Part shown: positions 9,382 through 18,263 of the stretch, piece by piece
Numbering within the stretch: position 1 is the stretch's first letter
Layout of the letters: each line of letters opens with the position of its first letter
NCBI GenBank assembly: GCA_038231435.1
Contig: JBBRLJ010000011.1
Span: 32,001-96,000, forward strand
Reading direction: 5' to 3'
From: Planctomycetota bacterium
GTDB lineage: Bacteria > Planctomycetota > UBA11346
DNA: 64,000 nucleotides
Program-made: the position numbers and the translations under genes
The notes under the pieces: generated by a model
The model's database searches: none
Seen by the model: the letters and a program-made list of their open reading frames with translations, nothing else
Told to the model about the DNA's origin: nothing

Positions 9382-10782
9382 ATGGCCCATACTCCCCAGG
9401 ATTCGGAACGCCGGTGTACCCGCCATCAGGCCGGCTTCACGCTGGTCGAGTTGCTGATCGTCATCACCATCATCACTGTCTTGGCGGGCTTGACGCTCTC
9501 GGTCGTCAACATGGTGCGCGAATCGGCGCGTGTGCTGCAGACTTCATCGCGCATGCAGGCGATCATCAATGCCCTGACCTCCTACGGCTCGCACGAAGGC
9601 GGCGCCGCGGCGGAACTGCAGAACGCCTGCGCGCTCGGCGGCAGCGGGCGGATGGCCACCATCGCGGCGATCGTCGATAGCATCATCCCAGGCTGCGCCG
9701 CGCCGCCGGATTTCCTCTCCATGCTCAGGGCCGGCGGCAGCACCGTGTTCACAAGCTACAACATCAACAACACCAACTACGCCAGCTCGCTCTACAATGG
9801 CAACAACACCCAGAGCTCTGAGGTCATCCACCTCTATCAGCGTCTGAGCAAGCAGCTCTTCGACGTCATGCCCCCGTCCGGCGCGATGTGGACCCCTGGC
9901 GACTACACCACCAACTGGGCTTTCCAGTGGCCCGAGACCGATTGGATTCTGCCCGCGCCCGGAGCCAATCCCCCCATCCTGCCGTTTCCGTGGGGCAAGG
10001 CGGGATTGCGCATCGATGGTACGCTCTGCGACGTCTCGGTTCCGGAAGGGCTCGGGTACCCGAACGTCAGCCAATTCAACGAGGAGATGAATTCGGGCGG
10101 CGCCATCACCATGGCGAAGGAGCCGACCGGCAACAGCTGGGCGACGCTCGGCAACCTCGACGGACGCATCTGGAAGTGGACCTCGGCCAACCCGGCCCAG
10201 ACCGATTGGGTGACCCTGAACCGCGCCACCCGGTCGGACGGCATAGATCTACCCCCTGCCGCGCTCGCGGCCAACAAGCCGATGCCGTTCGATCTCGGCT
10301 GGCTCTCACCGCTCAAGAGCATCCAGCTGATGCAGGCCGCCGGCATCATTCCTCCAGGGGCCGCGGGATTGGATGCGTATCGCAACGATCGCCGCGCCCA
10401 TCAGCCATGGAATGATGCCTGGGGCAGCCCGCTGATCGTCGTCTATGCGATTTTCCAACCGCAGCGCTACCAGCGGGCCTTTGATCTGCAGAACCGCCGC
10501 GACCTGTTCATCCATGGTTCGCTCAGTTCCTACCAGTATGCGCGCTCGCTCTACCTGGCGGTGGGCGCCGCAGGATACACCCGCAACCCTGGCGTACCCG
10601 CCACCTGGATCGCCGCCGACGACGCCACCGTGCAGCGCGACTACTGGCTCCAGATCCGCGACGTCTGCAAGGCGAGCGATTGGACCGAGAGCTCCTTCAC
10701 CTCGCCCCCCTGGAAGGATGTGCGCGTGAAGAAGAAGAACGGCAAGAAGTGCCTGCTATCGACCCCGAACGAACTCAAATGA
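9382..10782 (+). CDS. Prepilin-type protein, PilE/GspG-like N-terminus with large C-terminal body
   Basis: QAG|FTLVELLIVITIITVLAGLTLSVVNMVRESARVLQTSSRMQAI; 'DAWGSPL' resembles the GspG DPWGxPY motif. Confidence 0.85.
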   Translation: MAHTPQDSERRCTRHQAGFTLVELLIVITIITVLAGLTLSVVNMVRESARVLQTSSRMQAIINALTSYGSHEGGAAAELQNACALGGSGRMATIAAIVDSIIPGCAAPPDFLSMLRAGGSTVFTSYNINNTNYASSLYNGNNTQSSEVIHLYQRLSKQLFDVMPPSGAMWTPGDYTTNWAFQWPETDWILPAPGANPPILPFPWGKAGLRIDGTLCDVSVPEGLGYPNVSQFNEEMNSGGAITMAKEPTGNSWATLGNLDGRIWKWTSANPAQTDWVTLNRATRSDGIDLPPAALAANKPMPFDLGWLSPLKSIQLMQAAGIIPPGAAGLDAYRNDRRAHQPWNDAWGSPLIVVYAIFQPQRYQRAFDLQNRRDLFIHGSLSSYQYARSLYLAVGAAGYTRNPGVPATWIAADDATVQRDYWLQIRDVCKASDWTESSFTSPPWKDVRVKKKNGKKCLLSTPNELK

Positions 10783-10809
10783 CTTTTGGTTGGGGGGCTA
10801 CTTCTTTCA

Positions 10810-11043
10810 GTTGGGGGGCTACGGCCCCCCAACATCGCGCTCCGCGCTGCCCCCCAGGAAGAAACGGCCTGTAAGGTTTGGAAGCAGGCGCTGCGCGCTG
10901 CTCAATCGCCTTGCGAATACGTGAATCGGTAGGCTGACACGTACGGCAGCGAACAGCGCCTTGGCGCCTGTTCCCAACACTCGCTGTTCCCTGCCTCTTG
11001 GGGGCAGGCCGGAGGCCGATGTTGGGGGGCCGTAGCCCCCAAC
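10810..11043. repeat. REPIN/MITE-like element: two inverted copies of a GTTGGGGGGC-TACG-GCCCCCCAAC hairpin unit with ~90-bp imperfect arms
   Basis: Left arm 10810-10903 is approximately the reverse complement of 10951-11043; sits between convergent genes; partial tandem copy at 10789-10801. Confidence 0.8.
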
Positions 11044-11049
11044 CGAGAG

Positions 11050-13389
11050 TCAGCGCGGAGGCAGCTCTGGCATCAGCTGCTGCAGGCGCCAGCCCAGGTA
11101 CATCTCCTCGATCTCGCGCCGGTCGTGGCGGTTGAACGGCAGGTCCAGGCAGGCGCGGTAGGTGCTGATGATGGCCTCCGGATCGCCCGAGAGTTCGGCC
11201 TCGAGCGCTTTAGCCAGCAGCAGTCGATCGTCCGAATAGTTCCGGTACGGCTGGTTGAGGAACTGCTCGTCGGTGATCTTTCCGAGGGCGCGCTGGGCGA
11301 TATACCAGAACTGCTGGCGATAGGAGTAGCGGTTCGCTTCGACATCCTTCTCGAGGGCGCGGCGCGCGGCTTCGCGGCCGCCGTCGACGGAGGCCATCAT
11401 CACCGGGAGCACGTGCTGGGAGAAGATACGGTTATCGTCCATGCAGTCGGGCTCGGCCGTGGACAGCTTCTCGAACAGCTGCCGGCTGCGCTCGAGATCA
11501 CCCTCGACGCGGCTGTGGAGCGCGGCCATGTACACTCCTGGAATCCAGGCTGGTGCTAGCGTCAGGGCCTCGTCGAACCGGTTCATCGAGATCAACGCGG
11601 TGGCGCGCATCTGCGTGCTGGTCGATTCCTCGAGCACCATCTCGGGATGTCCGGTCGCCATCCACGCGTACATGCGATGGCTGCCGTCGAAGCTGCCCTC
11701 ACGCACGCTGGCGGGAATGTCGGCGAGCACCTGGTCGGCGTGACCAGTGGCGAGCATGACCGCATGCGCCCAATTGGATTTCGGGGCGCTTTCCAAGAGC
11801 TCGGGGAATTTCCCCTGCAGGAACATGCCCCACGAGGGATCCAGGTTCAACTTGCGGCCCGACTGCATGTCGGCGAACGAGATGCCGTCGTGGACCACGC
11901 GGCTCTGGAGGTTGAAGTTGTTGGGGAAATCGTTCTTGATCGCCTCATAGCGGCCCATGTCCGCCAAGGTCTCTCCATATTCACGGCTATGCGGAGGGAA
12001 GGTCTCGATGATGTAGTCGAAGCGGCCGAAGCGCTTGAGCAGCGCGCACATGTCCGGAATGAAGGGATTGTTGAGCCAGGGCGTCTGGTAGGCCTTCGAC
12101 CAGCGCATGATCTCGCGGTGCGCCGCGATGACGCGATCCACGATGTCGTCCGGGTATTGGTGATCGCCTGGGGCGGCGATCTTGCGCGGCCTGACCAGCG
12201 CCAGGCTGTCCTCACCGAGCTCGCGCAGCACGGTGCAGACGATCGGGCTGCCGGGATAGTGGGCGAGGGCCTGGCGCAGCTGCTCCTCGAGCGGCTTGTC
12301 GCCCGCCAACCGGGCGTGCTTGAGCCGCTCGTGCAGCGAGAACGGCACCAGCGCATGATCGGGGTTCTGCGCCTCGAAGTCGGTCAGCATGGCCAAGCCG
12401 CGCGGCGCGTCGCCAGTGCGGATGGCACACATCGCCAGCCAGAACCTCGCGGTGCGCGCGAGTTCGCCCTTGGGATAGGTGGCGAGGATCTCCTCGTACT
12501 GGCGTTGCGCGTCTACGTAGTTCTTGGTCTGGTAGAGCCGGTCCGCGACCACCAGTGGCGACACCTTCATGGGCAGCGGCTGGTGGTAGATGCGGATGTT
12601 GTCGATCGTCCACGGATTGCCGGCGAAGCAGTCGAAGCCGAAGGACTGCGGCAAGGCCTCCTCGAGATCCATGTAGTCGAGGACCTTGCGCTGGTCGATC
12701 GCGAGGCTCACGTGGCGGTCGCTGCGCTCCATCGCGAAATGGTAGGTACGCCCGGCCTCGATCGGCTTGTCGGCCACGAACATGTCGACCAGCAGGTACT
12801 GCCCGCCCTTGGTCATCACCATGTAGGTGGCGTCGCCCCAGGCGGCGATGTGGAAGGTGAAGCCCGATGTCCGATCGTCGCCGACGAAGCAATTCAGGTT
12901 CATGCCGACGGAGGAACGGTAGTCCCACTCGACCCGCACGTTGCCAGGGATCTTGGTGGACGACACCAGGTCGACGATCTCGGATTTGGGATCGATGTGC
13001 AGTCCGCCATCGGCGAACGAGAAGTTGGGGCCGTCGAGCCGCAGGGGCTCGAAGGAACCAGGGCCCCATGACGGCTTGGTGACCGCATGCCAGTCGGCGG
13101 CGAGTCCAGGCAGCGAGGCGTGCTCGAAATCCTCGTCGCTCACCAGCGTCCAGACTTTCTGCTCGCGCAGTTTCTCGCGCCACAGCAGCCCGCCGGCGAA
13201 CAGCAGCGCCAAGGCCGCGATCACGACCAGCGACCAGAAGACCAGGGAGTCGTTCGCGTACCAACGGCGCTTGGCGGCCGGGGCCTGACCCTTCCCGTCG
13301 GCCAGCAGCAGCCAGGGCAGCAACGGGGACGGGTGCGAGGACGGTCGTTCCGGGGACGGCTGGGCCGCCGATGGCTGTTCGCTGGTCAT
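11050..13389 (-). CDS. Membrane-anchored protein with ConA/LamG-like beta-sandwich and TPR-like helical region
   Basis: One TM helix (LVFWSLVVIAALALLFAGGLLW); beta-rich segment 'DEDF...GRTYHFAMERSDRHVSLAID...IDNIRIY'; then 'ADRLYQTKNYVDAQRQYEEILATYPKG' TPR-like repeats. Confidence 0.65.
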   Translation of the reverse strand: MTSEQPSAAQPSPERPSSHPSPLLPWLLLADGKGQAPAAKRRWYANDSLVFWSLVVIAALALLFAGGLLWREKLREQKVWTLVSDEDFEHASLPGLAADWHAVTKPSWGPGSFEPLRLDGPNFSFADGGLHIDPKSEIVDLVSSTKIPGNVRVEWDYRSSVGMNLNCFVGDDRTSGFTFHIAAWGDATYMVMTKGGQYLLVDMFVADKPIEAGRTYHFAMERSDRHVSLAIDQRKVLDYMDLEEALPQSFGFDCFAGNPWTIDNIRIYHQPLPMKVSPLVVADRLYQTKNYVDAQRQYEEILATYPKGELARTARFWLAMCAIRTGDAPRGLAMLTDFEAQNPDHALVPFSLHERLKHARLAGDKPLEEQLRQALAHYPGSPIVCTVLRELGEDSLALVRPRKIAAPGDHQYPDDIVDRVIAAHREIMRWSKAYQTPWLNNPFIPDMCALLKRFGRFDYIIETFPPHSREYGETLADMGRYEAIKNDFPNNFNLQSRVVHDGISFADMQSGRKLNLDPSWGMFLQGKFPELLESAPKSNWAHAVMLATGHADQVLADIPASVREGSFDGSHRMYAWMATGHPEMVLEESTSTQMRATALISMNRFDEALTLAPAWIPGVYMAALHSRVEGDLERSRQLFEKLSTAEPDCMDDNRIFSQHVLPVMMASVDGGREAARRALEKDVEANRYSYRQQFWYIAQRALGKITDEQFLNQPYRNYSDDRLLLAKALEAELSGDPEAIISTYRACLDLPFNRHDRREIEEMYLGWRLQQLMPELPPR

Positions 13390-13471
13390 CGTGGATCCAC
13401 CGGCTTCTTGGGCATGCCAGAGGATACCATGGGACCGCGCCCGTGCGCAATACGGCCCTGGCCGACCCGGA

Positions 13472-14917
13472 TCAGAGAGTGACGCCCAGCTGCCGGCCGA
13501 TCTCGGCCTTCACGCCATTCGGCTCGGCCTTGCCGCCAGCGAGCTTCATGGTGACGCCGACCAGCCTGCCGACGGCGGCGAGCTTGCCGCCCTTGACGTC
13601 CGCCACGACCTTGGGCTCCTGGGCCAGGGCCTGCGCGACCCAGGCCGACAGCTGCCCGGCATCCTGGACCTGGATCATGCCCTTGGCGGTGAAGTAGGCC
13701 TCTGGCTCCTGGCCCGAGGCGAACAGCTCGGTGCATTCGGCCTTGGCCACCACGCGGGCGACCTTGCCCTGGTCGATGAGGGTTACCAGCTTGGCCATGG
13801 TCGCCACGGGCGCCGCGGCCTCGAGCGGCCGGTGGAGCTCGTTGGACAACCGGATCGCCTCCTCTCGCGTCCAGTTGGCGGCGAGCTTGGGCTTGACGCC
13901 GGCCTTCACCAGGGCCTCGAAGTAGTCGGCGATCGGCATCTCGGCCGACAGTTCGTGCGCCACCGCGCGCTCGCAGGCGAACGCCGTGATGAAGCGCTCC
14001 TCGCGCGCGCGCGGCAGCTCGGGCATGGTCATCCTGATGGCATCGACGCGCTCGGGGACGATCACCAACGGCGGCAGGTCGGGGTCCGGGAAGTAGCGGT
14101 AGTCAGCCGCCTGCTCCTTGCTGCGCATCGGGCGGGTGACCTTCTGGTCGGGATCCCAGAGCTTGGTCTCCTGCACCACCTCTGCGATGCGACCCGCGCG
14201 GTGGAGCGCGCTCTGGCTCTTGATCTCGTACTCGATCGCGGCCTCGACGGCGCGGAACGAATTCAGGTTCTTGATCTCGACGCGGGTGCCGAACTTCTCC
14301 TGGCCCTTCGGCCGGATCGAGACGTTGGCGTCGCAACGCAGGCTACCCTCTTGCATCTCGCAATCGGACACGCCCACCCACTTGAGCGCGCGCTTGAGCT
14401 CGACCAGGTACAGGTAGGCCTCCTCGGCGCTGCGCAGCTCGGGATTGGAGACGATCTCGATCAACGGCACACCGGCGCGGTTGAGATCCACTTCCGACCA
14501 CGGGCCCGAATCCTGGTGGATGAGCTTTCCGGCGTCTTCCTCCATGTGGATGCGGGTCAGGCCGATGGTCTTGGTGGTGCCATCGGGCATGTCGATGTGG
14601 ATCGAGCCGCCGATGCAGTACGGCTCGTCATACTGGCTGATCTGGTAACCCTTGGGCAGGTCGGGGTAGAAGTAGTGTTTGCGGTCGAATTTGCTGTGGT
14701 GCCGGATGTCGCCGCCAACCGCCAGGGCCGCCTTGATGGCGAGTTCGACGGCATGGGCATTGATGACCGGCAGGGCGCCTGGCAGGCCAAGGGTCACGGT
14801 GTCGACTTGGCTGTTGGGCTCGCGCCCGAACACGGTGGTCGCCCCGCAGAACATCTTGGTGGCGGTCTTCAGCTGGCAGTGCACTTCCAGGCCGATGACC
14901 GGCTCGAACTCGCTCAT
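13472..14917 (-). CDS. gatB: Asp-tRNA(Asn)/Glu-tRNA(Gln) amidotransferase subunit B
   Basis: VIGLEVHCQL, FDRKHYFYPDLPKGYQISQ, IHMEEDAGK, DLNRAGVPLIEIV, RSKE..DYRYFPDPDLPP. Confidence 0.98.
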   Translation of the reverse strand: MSEFEPVIGLEVHCQLKTATKMFCGATTVFGREPNSQVDTVTLGLPGALPVINAHAVELAIKAALAVGGDIRHHSKFDRKHYFYPDLPKGYQISQYDEPYCIGGSIHIDMPDGTTKTIGLTRIHMEEDAGKLIHQDSGPWSEVDLNRAGVPLIEIVSNPELRSAEEAYLYLVELKRALKWVGVSDCEMQEGSLRCDANVSIRPKGQEKFGTRVEIKNLNSFRAVEAAIEYEIKSQSALHRAGRIAEVVQETKLWDPDQKVTRPMRSKEQAADYRYFPDPDLPPLVIVPERVDAIRMTMPELPRAREERFITAFACERAVAHELSAEMPIADYFEALVKAGVKPKLAANWTREEAIRLSNELHRPLEAAAPVATMAKLVTLIDQGKVARVVAKAECTELFASGQEPEAYFTAKGMIQVQDAGQLSAWVAQALAQEPKVVADVKGGKLAAVGRLVGVTMKLAGGKAEPNGVKAEIGRQLGVTL

Positions 14918-15129
14918 GATCGCATTCCTCTTTCGACGTCGGACGGGGGCGGGGCCTCGGGAAATCGGCGGTTACAGCCTAGGGCGTCGACCGGCGAGTC
15001 CACAGCGCCCCCGCCCTGGCTGTCCTCGCGGCTGCGTCTTGGCAGCGCGTCCTCGCATCTATGATCCGGCCGCGGGCCTCGACAGGCACCGCATCCGGAT
15101 CGATGATTTCGAGCCACGAGCCCCACCTC

Positions 15130-15522
15130 ATGCCCACTGACATCGTTCCCAGCCAGCGTCCCGCGGAGGTCTTCGACCTGTTGCGTTGGAACGATCACGG
15201 CCTGGTCACGGCCGTGGCCCAGGAGGCACGCACGGGAGAGGTGCTGATGGTGGCATGGGCCGACCGCGAGGCCCTCAAGCGCACGCTCGAGACCCGCGTC
15301 GCCACCTACTTCAGCCGCAGCCGCGGAAGCATCTGGGTGAAGGGCGAGACCAGCGGCTATACGCAGACGGTGCTCGAGGTCCGCGCCGACTGCGACGGCG
15401 ATTGCCTGCTCTACCTCGTCGACGCGCCGGGGCCCGCCTGTCACCAGCTTCGCCGTAGCTGCTTCTCCAACCGCGTCGATGCCGACGGCAGCGTGCACTG
15501 CGACAAGCCGGTGATCGCATGA
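15130..15522 (+). CDS. hisI: Phosphoribosyl-AMP cyclohydrolase
   Basis: [25 protein letters not shown]...SCF motifs; no HisE fusion. Confidence 0.95.
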   Translation: MPTDIVPSQRPAEVFDLLRWNDHGLVTAVAQEARTGEVLMVAWADREALKRTLETRVATYFSRSRGSIWVKGETSGYTQTVLEVRADCDGDCLLYLVDAPGPACHQLRRSCFSNRVDADGSVHCDKPVIA

Positions 15523-15899
15523 ACTCGCTGCGCCCGTCCCCATCGGGAAGCTGGCTGATGCCGTGGGAGCCGCTGCTCTCGATCGAGGGCCTGGCACAGA
15601 AACTGTTCCCCGAGATCGGTCCGCGCCACCCCCTGCACGGCTCGATGGTGCGCCAGGTCGCGAAGCGCCTCGACTGCGACGACGTGCTCGTCGAAGTGGT
15701 GGGCAGCGAGCGGCGGCTGGCGGTGGTGCACCGCACCTACGGACTGGTGCCCGATCCTGACTCGCGCTTCCCCTGGGTGACCTGGTACGCCGATTTCGAG
15801 GCCTGGGCGGCGAACGGCATGCGCGGCGACCACAGCGAGTTCACCAGCGATGGCGACGACCCGGATGCCGGCGATCGCTTCGACGGTTCGGCGCGTTGA
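15519..15899 (+). CDS. Small hypothetical protein
   Basis: ATGA overlap with hisI; plausible globular sequence (HPLHG...[10 protein letters not shown]...AVVH). Confidence 0.6.
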   Translation: MNSLRPSPSGSWLMPWEPLLSIEGLAQKLFPEIGPRHPLHGSMVRQVAKRLDCDDVLVEVVGSERRLAVVHRTYGLVPDPDSRFPWVTWYADFEAWAANGMRGDHSEFTSDGDDPDAGDRFDGSAR

Positions 15900-15913
15900 T
15901 TCCGAGCCCGGAC

Positions 15914-17107
15914 GTGAGCCTGAAGAAACTGACCGTCTCGCGCACCACCGCGCGCTTCCTCGACCAGGGTCACCCGTGGGTGCGCCCCGACCGTTTCACG
16001 CGCGGCCTCGAAGCGCTGGAACCGGGCGAGGCGGTGACGTTGGTCGATCAGCAGGGCAAACCCCTGGGCTCGGCGCTCGCCGATCCGCGCGACGAGATCT
16101 GCGCGCGCGTCTTCCATCGCAAGGCCGACGCGGTCTTCGATCCCGCCGCGGCGGTGGCGCGGGCCTGGAAGCGCCGCGCGAAGCTCCACGCCGATCCCGA
16201 AACCGACTGTTACCGGGTGGTGCATGGCGAGGCCGATTTCCTGCCCGGCATCCGCGTCGAGCGCTACGGCCGCGTGCTGGTGGTGCTGGTGCTGGCGCGC
16301 TGCGCCGCCGTGCACGCCGAAGGCGTCTGCGCGGCGTTGCATGCCGCCATGCCCTCTGCCGAGATCGTGCTCCGCGACCATCGCGACGATCTGCGCCGCG
16401 AGGACGTCGCGAGCCGCGCCTGGCAAGGCGGCCCGCTCGATCCCACCGCCGTGGCCGAGGGCCGCGAGCTCGGGGTGCGCTATCCGCTGCGTCCCTTCGA
16501 TGGGCTCGCCACCGGCATCTACGTGGATCAGCGGGCGACGCGCGCCTGGCTACGCGACCAGGCTAGCGGAAAGCGCGTGCTGAACCTGTTCGCCTATACC
16601 GGCGCGTTCTCGGTGAGTCTGCTCATGGCCGGCGCCGAGGCCGCGATCGACGTCGACCTGTCGGCGCCCGCTCTGGCACGCGCCGTGGAAACCGCAGCCA
16701 TGAACGGCGTGGCTGATCGCCACCGCATCGCCCAGGCCGATTGCGGGAAATGGCTCGAGGCCTCTCGCGACGCCTATGACATCGTCATCTGCGATCCGCC
16801 GACCGCCGCGCAGGGCGGCGATGGCTGGATCCTACGCCGCGACTATCCACGCCTGCTGCGGCTCGCCTGCGCCCGCCTGACCCCCGGTGGGCTGCTGGTG
16901 GCCTGCTGCAACACCCTCGGCGGCAAACCCTTTCCCCTGCGCGAAGCGGTGGCCGAAGCAGCCCGCGAGGCGGGCATCACAGCCCACGAGGAGCCGGCGC
17001 CAGATCTCGGCCCCGACATCCCGCTGCTGACGGGCTTCCCGGAAGGACGCCCGTATCGCCTGGCTGCGCTGCGGTTGTCATCAGGGGCTCCGCCCCTACG
17101 GCCCTGA
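15914..17107 (+). CDS. RlmI-like class I SAM-dependent rRNA methyltransferase (PUA + MTase)
   Basis: GHPWV, YRVVHGEADFLPGIRVERYG, TGIYVDQR, RVLNLFAYTGAFS, ICDPPT. Start is GTG 15914 or TTG 15896. Confidence 0.88.
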   Translation: MSLKKLTVSRTTARFLDQGHPWVRPDRFTRGLEALEPGEAVTLVDQQGKPLGSALADPRDEICARVFHRKADAVFDPAAAVARAWKRRAKLHADPETDCYRVVHGEADFLPGIRVERYGRVLVVLVLARCAAVHAEGVCAALHAAMPSAEIVLRDHRDDLRREDVASRAWQGGPLDPTAVAEGRELGVRYPLRPFDGLATGIYVDQRATRAWLRDQASGKRVLNLFAYTGAFSVSLLMAGAEAAIDVDLSAPALARAVETAAMNGVADRHRIAQADCGKWLEASRDAYDIVICDPPTAAQGGDGWILRRDYPRLLRLACARLTPGGLLVACCNTLGGKPFPLREAVAEAAREAGITAHEEPAPDLGPDIPLLTGFPEGRPYRLAALRLSSGAPPLRP

Positions 17108-17177
17108 CGGGCCTACCCCACGGGCTGTTTTATCAGGGGCTCCGCCCCTAAGGCCCTGCGGGCCTACCCCACGGGCT
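17080..17177. repeat. Tandem ~46-bp direct repeat x2 (ATCAGGGGCTCCGCCCCT...CCTACCCCACGGGCT) containing hairpins
   Basis: Copies at 17080-17126 and 17132-17177, 52-bp period; the first copy overlaps the 3' end of the methyltransferase gene. Confidence 0.85.
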
Positions 17178-17316
17178 TTGTCGTGGCTCGATTTGTCCAG
17201 CGAACTGGCCAAATCGTGGGCGGATCGGCTACGCCGATTGTATCCGCCCACCGCCACTCGGCGCCCGGTCGCTACGCTCCGGTCTGTGCGGGGGCTCGCC
17301 CCCGTACAAAAATCCC

Positions 17317-18114
17317 TCATTTCAAGTCGGCGAGCGCCTGCGAGAAGCGGTGGATGCAGGCCTTTTGCAGGGCCACGCGCGCGTAACGCTTGTCGTTCGC
17401 GGCGATGATGTGCCACGGAGCGTGCGGGGTATGGGTGCGCAGCATCATCTCGTCGATCGCCTCTTCGTAGCGGTCCCACTTGCGGCGATTGCGGTAATCC
17501 TCGTCGGTCATCTTCCACGCCTTGAGCGGATTCGTGGAGCGTCGCTCGAAGCGCTGCTTCTGCTCCTGCTTGCTGATGTGCAGGAAGAACTTGATGATCA
17601 CGTGTCCGTCGACCGCGAGCTGGCGCTCGAATTCGTTGATCTCGTCGTAGGCGCGCTTCCATTCATCGTTGCTGGCGTAGCCCTCGACGCGCTCGACCAG
17701 GACGCGCCCGTACCAGCTGCGATCGAACACCGCGATGCGGCCGCGTGCCGGCAGCGCGTGCCAGAATCGCCACAGGTAATGGTGGTCCTTCTCTTCCTGG
17801 GTGGGAGCCGAGATCGGATGAACGAAGTAGCTGCGCGGATCGAACTTGTTCACCAGGCGATGGATCGCGCCGCCCTTGCCGGCCGCGTCCCAACCCTCGA
17901 CCACGATCACCGTCGGCACGCGCTTGGCGCGCATCTCGAGCTGGAGCGCGATCAGCTCCTTTTGGAAGGCTTTCTTGCGCTCCTTGTATTCGTGCTTGTC
18001 GAGCTTCGGCTGCAGGTCGACCTCGCGCATCGGCACGATCGACGGCGTGGACTCGGCCATGGCCTTGTCGGCGATGCGGGCGAGCTTCGAGGCCTTCATG
18101 CCGGCGTCCCTCAT
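17317..18114 (-). CDS. Polyphosphate kinase 2 family protein (single domain)
   Basis: EGWDAAGKGG Walker A, FDRSWYGRVLVERV, WK.T.ED, APWHII.ANDKRYAR. Exact start uncertain. Confidence 0.93.
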   Translation of the reverse strand: MRDAGMKASKLARIADKAMAESTPSIVPMREVDLQPKLDKHEYKERKKAFQKELIALQLEMRAKRVPTVIVVEGWDAAGKGGAIHRLVNKFDPRSYFVHPISAPTQEEKDHHYLWRFWHALPARGRIAVFDRSWYGRVLVERVEGYASNDEWKRAYDEINEFERQLAVDGHVIIKFFLHISKQEQKQRFERRSTNPLKAWKMTDEDYRNRRKWDRYEEAIDEMMLRTHTPHAPWHIIAANDKRYARVALQKACIHRFSQALADLK

Positions 18115-18263
18115 GTGGAGAGCTTCCCTGATGGAGACTCTTCCCAGGGAGCTATAGCACCGGACCGCCGCCAATGCCAGCCACTCGCCGTGCTCGCAGG
18201 TGCATCGCGGATCGACACCGCTTCCTCACGCGGTCTTCGCCCCATGGGCACCGCGCGGGAGGT

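Noticed and set aside
17080..17177. Possible CRISPR array (also considered 30653-30900 and 41563-41614)
   Set aside because: Only two copies each, spacer lengths are wrong (about 5, 114 and 4 bp), and there are no cas genes in the window.
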